DNA of 64,000 bases from Pseudomonadales bacterium (GTDB taxonomy: Bacteria > Pseudomonadota > Gammaproteobacteria > Pseudomonadales > CAWVSB01): contig JBKEHH010000015.1 of NCBI GenBank assembly GCA_046710535.1, forward strand, positions 3,525 to 67,524, read 5' to 3'. Position numbers and translations under genes: made by a program. The notes under the pieces are model-generated. The model did not search any database, was not told the origin of the DNA, and worked only from the letters and a program-made list of their open reading frames with translations. Of this stretch, positions 57,207-64,000 are shown in pieces (positions within the stretch are counted from its first letter, which is position 1; the number at the start of each line of letters is the position of its first letter).

Positions 57207-59453
57207 CTACTTGAATAAGCCTTTGAGTAAATCGCCCACACCTTCTAGGTTTTTGTCTTTTAAGTAATTATCAAGTTCACTGCTGGCTTTGCGGCCAGCT
57301 TCGTCAACAGCTAAGTCTTTAATAATGTCTTTCATTTTACTTTGGTCAATGCCACATAAAGATTTTGGTTCGGTATCAAGTTGGCCTTTACATTGCAGTG
57401 GCCAACTAATGTCACGGTAGCGTTCGTTTACTTCACAAGCTGGGTCTTGGCTAATTTGGTCCCCGGTTATTTGCACCCCTAACTTATAATTCATTTTATT
57501 TTTTTCTGGTGACAACCAACCATTACCGGTCAATTTTATAGTGCTACTGCCGCCGGTTAAGCTGTCGTTTTGCATGGTGCCATTAATAAAACGAATTTTG
57601 CCATTAAGGTTACCAAGCGCAGTGTTCTCACTCCACTGATTGCTAAGTGCTTTGCCTTTTATTAGTGCAATGCCCTGGCAAAGTTGTTTGTCTATTGAGA
57701 TGCCTTCGGCTAATAGGTTTGTCATGGCAAAGTTAGCGGTGCCATTAAGGCCGCGCTGCCATGCTCCTACCGTGCTGCCTTTGGTGGTGATGTTGGCAGT
57801 CAAATTTGTTTTGCCATTAAGCCAGTCAACTTCACTAACCGCGCTAAGAACAGGTTTCATTTCAACGCCGTTAATATTTACTTTGGCTTTTAAGGTGGCG
57901 AGTGTAGGTCTTGCATCAAGCAGCCCGGTGGTTTTTATCTCGCCATTATATAAGTCAACGCTGAGATTTTTTAACTCAACCAAACCTAAGTTGGCACGGG
58001 TGTTTAAGTTAAAGTTACTGGCGTCTAAACCGTTAATAACAAATTTATTGATAGCTATTGTTACCAAGGCGTTAATGGCTTTTAAGTCTTCTAATGGCAA
58101 CTGGATTTCTGTTGTGTTGCCTGAGGCGCTAGCTGTTTTGTCGTTTGCTGCCGGCTCTGCTGTTGGCGACATATAGTCGTCTAGATTAATGTAGTCTATG
58201 GTTAAGTCGGCGACGACAAATTGCTGCTCAATATTTGTTAAACCAGCAAAACCTTTGATGTTGCTTTGGTCTAGACTAATAGTTAACTGCTGCAACATTG
58301 CGCTACTGCCTTGGTAGTTTAGATTAGCGCTAAGGCTTACCTTAGTTAGGGCATCTTTATTAACAGTGGCTGGTGGGGTTTGGCTAAGTGTTGTTAATAC
58401 CTTTTTAAGATTAAACTCGCCAATGGCAATAGGGCCGCTAACGCTAAATTCGTCACCAATTTTAGTGCCTTTTATACTGCCGTTAATAATTAAGTCGACA
58501 GCTTCTAGTTGATAGTTGCTCAGTTCAAACTTACCCGCTTTATTGTCGGCGACTAAATTGCCAGTAAAACTTATTGGCAAGGTTTCGCCACCAGTGGTAT
58601 CGCCGCTTACATTAGCGGTGACTGTTAAGCCAGTGATAGATAACACTTCGCTGATCCCATCAGCCGTAAGGTTGCCGACAACTTTAGCTGCTATGTTCAT
58701 ATTGCCATTGGTAGCATCAAGTTTTACTTGTTTGTTTATTACCAAATCTTCTAGGCTTAAGGTGCTATTCGCTGCATTAACAGCCACATTTGCGGTCATG
58801 TCGACAACTAAAGCAGCATTAGGCTTAGTGGCTTTTAAGCTAAAGCCAACCGTCATTGGAAAAGCATTGCCGACTACATTGGCTTTGCTAGAGTTGAAGG
58901 AAAAGTTGCTTAAAGCAGCGCTAGTGCCGGTAAATAAGTCGTTATAGTTAATGGTTGCATTGGTAATGCTGATAGTTTCTATCGCAATCGACATATTGCT
59001 GGCGCTGCTGGTTTGTGCAGCAGCTGGTTGCTGGGTGGTAGCTGGCGCACTTGTTACTGGTTTATTTTGCTGCCAGTTTTGGCTGCCGTCGTTGGCTACT
59101 ACTAAGTTTAGGGTCATGCCGTCTAGGCTTATGCCTGACACGTTCACACTGCCGCTAAATAATGGCATTAGCGCTACGCTAAGTTTTAAAGCGTCTAAGC
59201 GGGCTAATGGCTGTTGCTCGCCGCCATTGGTATAGCTTACATTGGCTAAACTTAGGCTTATTTCCGGATAAATAGACCAACTCATGCCGCCTTTTATGTC
59301 TAAGTCGCCGCCGGTTTGTTGTTTGACAATGGCTTTTACCTCATTGTTTACCGTTCCTGCATCGACTAAAAGAGATATTGCTATAGTGGCAGCCACACTA
59401 AGGGCGACTATTGCGCCGATTACAAATAGCAGTACTTTTAGTAGTTTGTTCAT
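57207..59453 (-). CDS. AsmA family outer-membrane biogenesis protein
   Basis: 748 aa with an N-terminal anchor MNKLLKVLLFVIGAIVALSV and a long repetitive beta-rich body. The stop abuts the mutY start codon. Confidence 0.8.
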   Translation of the reverse strand: MNKLLKVLLFVIGAIVALSVAATIAISLLVDAGTVNNEVKAIVKQQTGGDLDIKGGMSWSIYPEISLSLANVSYTNGGEQQPLARLDALKLSVALMPLFSGSVNVSGISLDGMTLNLVVANDGSQNWQQNKPVTSAPATTQQPAAAQTSSASNMSIAIETISITNATINYNDLFTGTSAALSNFSFNSSKANVVGNAFPMTVGFSLKATKPNAALVVDMTANVAVNAANSTLSLEDLVINKQVKLDATNGNMNIAAKVVGNLTADGISEVLSITGLTVTANVSGDTTGGETLPISFTGNLVADNKAGKFELSNYQLEAVDLIINGSIKGTKIGDEFSVSGPIAIGEFNLKKVLTTLSQTPPATVNKDALTKVSLSANLNYQGSSAMLQQLTISLDQSNIKGFAGLTNIEQQFVVADLTIDYINLDDYMSPTAEPAANDKTASASGNTTEIQLPLEDLKAINALVTIAINKFVINGLDASNFNLNTRANLGLVELKNLSVDLYNGEIKTTGLLDARPTLATLKAKVNINGVEMKPVLSAVSEVDWLNGKTNLTANITTKGSTVGAWQRGLNGTANFAMTNLLAEGISIDKQLCQGIALIKGKALSNQWSENTALGNLNGKIRFINGTMQNDSLTGGSSTIKLTGNGWLSPEKNKMNYKLGVQITGDQISQDPACEVNERYRDISWPLQCKGQLDTEPKSLCGIDQSKMKDIIKDLAVDEAGRKASSELDNYLKDKNLEGVGDLLKGLFK

Positions 59454-59606
59454 TATTTAAGTCCTTTGATTGGTGCTATCGGCGGCTAGTTTACGTCAGC
59501 GCAAACAATCACTCTAGGTTTGGGTGACTTATAAGTGAATTTCCTAGATGTATGCTCAACAATATTCGCCTATAATGCCCGTTTTTAACCACTCTACCCG
59601 GTCGAA

Positions 59607-60221
59607 ATGGGTATATGGAGTAGCAATATGAGTGAGCGCACTGCCACAGTTACCCGCAATACCAACGAAACGCAGATTTCCGTCACTGTTGATTTGGACG
59701 GCAGCGGTATAGGAACGTTCAAAACAGGCGTACATTTTCTTGATCACATGCTTGATCAGATAGCGCGTCATGGTTTGTTTGATATTGACGTTGACGCTAA
59801 TGGCGACACTCACATTGATGATCACCACACGGTTGAAGACATTGGCATTACTTTAGGCCAAGCCTTTGCTAAAGCAGTGGGAGACAAAACCGGTATCTAT
59901 CGTTATGGCCATGCTTATGTGCCATTAGACGAGGCAATGTCACGGGTGGTTATCGACTTGTCTGGACGTCCAGGCCTACAACTTAATTGCGAATTCGTAC
60001 GTGGCCGTATCGGCACCTTTGACGTGGACTTGTTTGGCGAGTTTTTTCAAGGCTTCGTTAACCATGCGGGCGTAACTCTGCACATAGACAACTTGCGTGG
60101 TGACAATGCGCATCATCAAGCTGAGACTATTTTTAAAGCCTTTGGCCGCGCGCTGCGGATGGCGGTGACGGCAGACGAGCGGATGGCTGGCATAATGCCC
60201 AGCACTAAAGGGTCTTTATGA
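59607..60221 (+). CDS. hisB: Imidazoleglycerol-phosphate dehydratase
   Basis: IGPD motifs ([40 protein letters not shown]). The likely start is the ATG at 59628 after GGAG. Confidence 0.95.
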   Translation: MGIWSSNMSERTATVTRNTNETQISVTVDLDGSGIGTFKTGVHFLDHMLDQIARHGLFDIDVDANGDTHIDDHHTVEDIGITLGQAFAKAVGDKTGIYRYGHAYVPLDEAMSRVVIDLSGRPGLQLNCEFVRGRIGTFDVDLFGEFFQGFVNHAGVTLHIDNLRGDNAHHQAETIFKAFGRALRMAVTADERMAGIMPSTKGSL

Positions 60222-60877
60222 CAGCAGGTTCTTCCGTTGCCGTTATTGACTACGGCATGGGTAATTTACATTCTGTTGCCAAAGCGTTAGAACTAGTTGG
60301 CGATGGGGTGCACGTTCAGGTGACTAGTGACCCTGCGGTGATCTTAGCCGCCGACCGGGTAATTTTACCCGGCGTTGGCGCAATTCGTGATTGCGTTGGT
60401 GAAATTAAACGCCGAGGTTTTGATGCGGTAGTGGCAAAAGTTATCGCTAGTGGCACGCCACTGTTAGGCATTTGCGTTGGCTTGCAGGCATTGATGGACC
60501 ATAGCGAAGAAAACAATGGCGTTGACTGTTTAGGCTTATTAGCTGGCAAGGTAAAGTTTTTTGGTAATGGCTTAGTGGACAGTGCTGGCGACAAGTTAAA
60601 AGTGCCGCATATGGGCTGGAATGAAGTAACCCACTCAGCGCATCCGTTGTGGGCAGGGATTGAGCAAGGTTGCCGGTTTTACTTTGTGCATAGCTACTAT
60701 GTAGAGGCGGCCGATGACCAGCAGATTGCTGGCACCTGTAATTACCCAACAGCATTTTCAGTGGCACTGGCGCAAGACAATGTTTTTGCAGTACAGTTTC
60801 ACCCTGAAAAAAGTAGTACCGCTGGCCTTACTTTGTTGCATAATTTTTTAACGTGGGATGGCAAGTCTTCATCCTAG
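60218..60877 (+). CDS. hisH: Imidazole glycerol phosphate synthase, glutamine amidotransferase subunit
   Basis: Class I GATase catalytic residues (GICVGLQAL, ...FHPEKS). ATGA overlap with hisB. Confidence 0.95.
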   Translation: MTAGSSVAVIDYGMGNLHSVAKALELVGDGVHVQVTSDPAVILAADRVILPGVGAIRDCVGEIKRRGFDAVVAKVIASGTPLLGICVGLQALMDHSEENNGVDCLGLLAGKVKFFGNGLVDSAGDKLKVPHMGWNEVTHSAHPLWAGIEQGCRFYFVHSYYVEAADDQQIAGTCNYPTAFSVALAQDNVFAVQFHPEKSSTAGLTLLHNFLTWDGKSSS

Positions 60878-60915
60878 TTACTTTTTATCTTTGACGAAAA
60901 AATAACGGAATTTCT

Positions 60916-61656
60916 ATGTTAATTATCCCTGCTATTGATTTAAAAGACGGCGAATGCGTGCGCCTGCGCCAAGGGCGGATGGATGATTCCACAGTGTTTT
61001 CAGATGACCCAGTAGCAGTTGCGGCCAAGTGGGTAGCCGCTGGCACTAAGCGTCTGCACTTGGTTGACTTGAACGGCGCTTTTGACGGCAAGCCAGTTAA
61101 CGGTGAAGTAGTCACCGCGATTGCCAAGGCTTACCCCGCTTTGCCAATTCAAATAGGCGGCGGCATTCGTTCAATGCAAACTATAGAAGCTTATTTAGCG
61201 GCGGGTGTTGAGTATTTAATTATTGGCACTAAAGCAGTTAAAGACCCTGACTTTGTGACCTTGGCCTGTAAAGAGTTTGAGGGTCATATTATTGTTGGGC
61301 TAGACGCACAAGACGGTTTAGTGGCAACCGATGGTTGGGCTGAAGTGTCTGATATACAAGCGTCTGAATTAGCCAAAAGATTTGAGCAAGACGGCGTATC
61401 TTCTATTGTGTACACCGACATTGCCCGTGACGGCATGATGCAAGGCGTTAATGTTGAACAGACTTTAGCGATGGCCCATGCCTCTAGCATTCCTATTATT
61501 GCCTCTGGCGGCATTACTAATATGGATGATATTACAGCGCTGTGTGAAGTGAGCGAGCAAGGTGTTTTGGGTGCTATTACTGGCCGTGCTATTTATGAAG
61601 GCACTTTAGATGTGCGTGAAGCGCAAGCTTACTGCGACAGTTTTCTTACTAAATAA
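60916..61656 (+). CDS. hisA: ProFAR isomerase (1-(5-phosphoribosyl)-5-[(5-phosphoribosylamino)methylideneamino]imidazole-4-carboxamide isomerase)
   Basis: The N-terminus [17 protein letters not shown], then HLVDLNGA and GGGIR, are typical HisA blocks. Confidence 0.95.
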   Translation: MLIIPAIDLKDGECVRLRQGRMDDSTVFSDDPVAVAAKWVAAGTKRLHLVDLNGAFDGKPVNGEVVTAIAKAYPALPIQIGGGIRSMQTIEAYLAAGVEYLIIGTKAVKDPDFVTLACKEFEGHIIVGLDAQDGLVATDGWAEVSDIQASELAKRFEQDGVSSIVYTDIARDGMMQGVNVEQTLAMAHASSIPIIASGGITNMDDITALCEVSEQGVLGAITGRAIYEGTLDVREAQAYCDSFLTK

Positions 61657-61668
61657 TAGAGATTTTCC

Positions 61669-62442
61669 ATGGGTTTAGCCAAACGAATTATTCCTTGCTT
61701 AGATGTAGACAAAGGTCGCGTTGTTAAAGGCGTGCAGTTTGTCGACATTCGTGACGCCGGCGACCCAGTAGAAGTTGCCAAAAAATATAATGAGCAGGGC
61801 GCAGACGAAATAACTTTTTTAGATATTACTGCCAGCCATGAAGGCCGCGCCACAATGGTAGAAACCGTTGAGCGGATGGCTGACCAAGTATTTATTCCGT
61901 TAACAGTTGGCGGTGGTATTCGTGAGCTAAGTGATATTCGCACCATGCTAAATGCCGGTGCTGACAAAATAGCGATTAATTCGGCAGCAATTTTTAACCC
62001 TGAATTTGTTCGTGAAGCGGCCGCTAAGCTTGGTTCGCAATGTATTGTTATTGCCATTGACGCAAAGCAAGTAAGTACTGAAGGCGAGGTGCCTCGTTGG
62101 GAAATATTTACCCACGGCGGGCGCAAGCCTACTGGCATAGATGCTATTGAGTGGGCTATAAAGATGGCCGACTTTGGCGCCGGTGAAATACTATTAACCA
62201 GCATGGATAGAGACGGCACTAAAAATGGCTTTGATTTAGAGTTAGTTGCTGCAGTGTGTGATGCTGTGCCGGTGCCCGTTATTGCTTCCGGCGGTGTTGG
62301 TAATTTGCAACATTTGGTTGACGGCGTAAAGCTGGGTAAAGCTGACGCCGTGTTAGCTGCCAGTATTTTTCACTTCGGCGAGCACACCATTCCTGAGGCC
62401 AAAGCGTTTATGGCTGCTCAGGGAGTAGAGATTCGCCTGTAG
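61669..62442 (+). CDS. hisF: Imidazole glycerol phosphate synthase, cyclase subunit
   Basis: [19 protein letters not shown]-like ITFLDIT, and the blocks GGGIR and SGGVG. Confidence 0.95.
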   Translation: MGLAKRIIPCLDVDKGRVVKGVQFVDIRDAGDPVEVAKKYNEQGADEITFLDITASHEGRATMVETVERMADQVFIPLTVGGGIRELSDIRTMLNAGADKIAINSAAIFNPEFVREAAAKLGSQCIVIAIDAKQVSTEGEVPRWEIFTHGGRKPTGIDAIEWAIKMADFGAGEILLTSMDRDGTKNGFDLELVAAVCDAVPVPVIASGGVGNLQHLVDGVKLGKADAVLAASIFHFGEHTIPEAKAFMAAQGVEIRL

Positions 62443-63811
62443 GCGCATCAACTTCTAGCTCTGCCATTGCTTGTTCAATTTTAGCTTCTGCCAACTGAAT
62501 TTTGCCTTGGTTAATTATATGTAAACCTTTGAGTAAGGTTAGTGCTTCATATAATTGATTGTCACGTTGCAACAGTGACTCTTGTTGCTCTTTATCTTTA
62601 GCGCGGTCTTTACCTTTACTTTCTTCTTTGCCACTGGCGTTTTTCAAGTGACCAGACAAATCTGCTTCGGTAAAGTTACGGCCGTTAATGACTTCTATTT
62701 TGGCGCGCGCTACTTCTATATCAGGTTTTATTCCCAGGGCTTGAATTGAACGGCCTTCGGGGGTGAAATACAACGCGGTAGTAAGTTTTATGGCGTGGTC
62801 TTCGCTGACTTGAATAACTGCTTGCACTGAACCTTTACCAAAGCTGTCGGTACCCATAATGACGGCGCGTTTATGGTCTTGTAAGCTGCCGGCGACAATT
62901 TCTGAGGCTGAGGCGGAACCACCGTTAATAAGTACAACCACCGGCACACCACCGCTAATGTCACCGTCGGCGGCAAATAGGTCAGAGCGGTCAGCCGAGC
63001 TGCGGCCTTCGGTGTAAACCACTAGACCACCGTCTTGCACTGCTTCAGCAACTTCTGCGGCGGCTGTCAGTACGCCGCCAGGGTTGTTGCGCAAGTCGAG
63101 CACTATACCGTGTAATTCTTGCTCTTCGTCTAAAAATTTCTGGATAGCGGCTTTGGTTTCATCGCCGGTTTTGCCTTGAAACTGAGCAATACGAATATAA
63201 GCAAAACCCGGCTCTAAGGCTCGCGAGCGCACGCTAGGGACTTTAATAATGTCACGCACCACGGTAATTGTTTTGGGGCTGTTACTACCTTCGCTAACCA
63301 CTTCTATGTCTAATTTGGTGCCAGGCTCGCCGCGCATAACATCTATTGACTCCTCTATGCTCATGCCGCGCACACTTTCGCCATCAAGTTTGAGAATGAT
63401 ATCGCCTGCTTGGATGCCGGCTTTTTTTGCGGGTGAGTCGTCGATGGGGGTGACTATTCGAATAAAGCCGCCGTCTTGATCGATCTCAATCCCCAATCCG
63501 CCAAACTCACCGGAGGTGTCTTCCTGTAATTCTTCAAATTCTTTTGGCTCTAAATAGCTAGAGTGAGGGTCAAGGCCTGTAAGCATGCCATGAATGGCTA
63601 AGTCGAATAATTCTTGATCGCTAACTTCTTCAACATAATGTTTGCGTATATGGGTAAACGCGTCTGTAAAACGACGCAGCTCTAGCAGGGGTACTCGGCT
63701 GTTTTGCTCGCTAGCTATGTCGTCGTTGCTGCTTTGCTCAGCGCTTGCTACCGGCGCTATTATGCATAGCAAGGTTACCGAGGTGATTACACTTTTACAT
63801 AAATAATTCAT
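62408..63811 (-). CDS. S41 family carboxyl-terminal processing protease (Ctp/Prc-like)
   Basis: 467 aa with a signal peptide, a PDZ domain ([16 protein letters not shown]) and the S41 catalytic region ([15 protein letters not shown], ...[11 protein letters not shown]). The 3' end overlaps the hisF 3' end by 35 nt. Confidence 0.9.
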   Translation of the reverse strand: MNYLCKSVITSVTLLCIIAPVASAEQSSNDDIASEQNSRVPLLELRRFTDAFTHIRKHYVEEVSDQELFDLAIHGMLTGLDPHSSYLEPKEFEELQEDTSGEFGGLGIEIDQDGGFIRIVTPIDDSPAKKAGIQAGDIILKLDGESVRGMSIEESIDVMRGEPGTKLDIEVVSEGSNSPKTITVVRDIIKVPSVRSRALEPGFAYIRIAQFQGKTGDETKAAIQKFLDEEQELHGIVLDLRNNPGGVLTAAAEVAEAVQDGGLVVYTEGRSSADRSDLFAADGDISGGVPVVVLINGGSASASEIVAGSLQDHKRAVIMGTDSFGKGSVQAVIQVSEDHAIKLTTALYFTPEGRSIQALGIKPDIEVARAKIEVINGRNFTEADLSGHLKNASGKEESKGKDRAKDKEQQESLLQRDNQLYEALTLLKGLHIINQGKIQLAEAKIEQAMAELEVDAPTGESLLPEQP

Positions 63812-63859
63812 TGCATTGCCTTGGTATGGTTAACAGGATGAGACAGTATATTAACGCTA

Positions 63860-64000
63860 TTATTTGATCCAGTATTTAGGATTAATTGCCTTACCATTAT
63901 GTCTGATCTCGAAATACAGCGCTGGTTCCATTTGGCCGCCGCTTGAGCCTAGCGTTGCCAGTGGCTCGCCAGCTCGGACCCAGTCGCCGGTTTCTCTTAG
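63860..64000 (-). CDS. M23 peptidase / EnvC-like murein hydrolase activator, C-terminal end (partial; continues beyond the window)
   Basis: The minus-strand translation ...LRETGDWVRAGEPLATLGSSGGQMEPALYFEIRHNGKAINPKYWIK* is a typical M23 (LytM) C-terminus. It lies upstream of ctp as in pseudomonad synteny. Confidence 0.75.
   Translation of the reverse strand, partial: LRETGDWVRAGEPLATLGSSGGQMEPALYFEIRHNGKAINPKYWIK

Noticed and set aside
1-64000. Search for CRISPR arrays, prophage modules, integrons, restriction-modification or other known defence gene sets
   Set aside because: I saw no regularly spaced direct repeats. I also recognised no Cas-like, phage structural, integrase, methylase/endonuclease or nuclease-NTPase gene combinations. 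The only mobile-element genes are a dead IS3 and non-autonomous MITEs.

Overview
This 64 kb window looks like chromosome from a marine gammaproteobacterium. That assignment is an inference from gene order: hisBHAF, asmA-mutY-yggX-tRNA-Phe, ctp-M23 peptidase, and yrfG-hslR-hslO-pckA with nudE-cysQ all follow Pseudomonas/Cellvibrionales-like synteny. Well-supported core genes include pckA, hslO, hslR, nudE, cysQ, plsB, hflX, mutY, yggX, hisB/H/A/F, an RND efflux pair, an IorAB-like molybdoenzyme pair, a SulP transporter and an aldehyde dehydrogenase. Three flexible, decayed patches interrupt this backbone. (1) 2.3-11.4 kb carries three same-orientation copies of an unclassified ~60-80 bp repeat next to gene fragments (GST N-terminus, proB remnant, YD-repeat fragment). 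It also holds a bacterial alternative oxidase and an AT-rich, ORF-poor stretch. (2) 41.7-48.6 kb carries OsmC and AraC pseudogenes, a DUF3127 OB-fold protein ending in the SSB tip DDDIPF, a methyltransferase, a kinase-like protein and a TPR-sulfotransferase. (3) 48.65-55.76 kb is an integration hotspot at tRNA-Phe. It contains one intact tRNA and two extra copies of its 3' end plus terminator, a duplicated ~145 bp block, TTAAAGGGGTC-type MITEs, a decayed IS3 element, and a putatively Pho-regulated TonB receptor/PhoD pair with a pseudoazurin. No integrase is visible. At least eleven genes are truncated, frameshifted or carry nonsense codons. I found no CRISPR array, no prophage and no recognisable defence system. 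I also cannot point to a coherent novel multi-gene system with confidence. The most unusual items are the tRNA-Phe att scar structure, the unclassified repeat family, the SSB-tip OB-fold protein and the density of gene decay.
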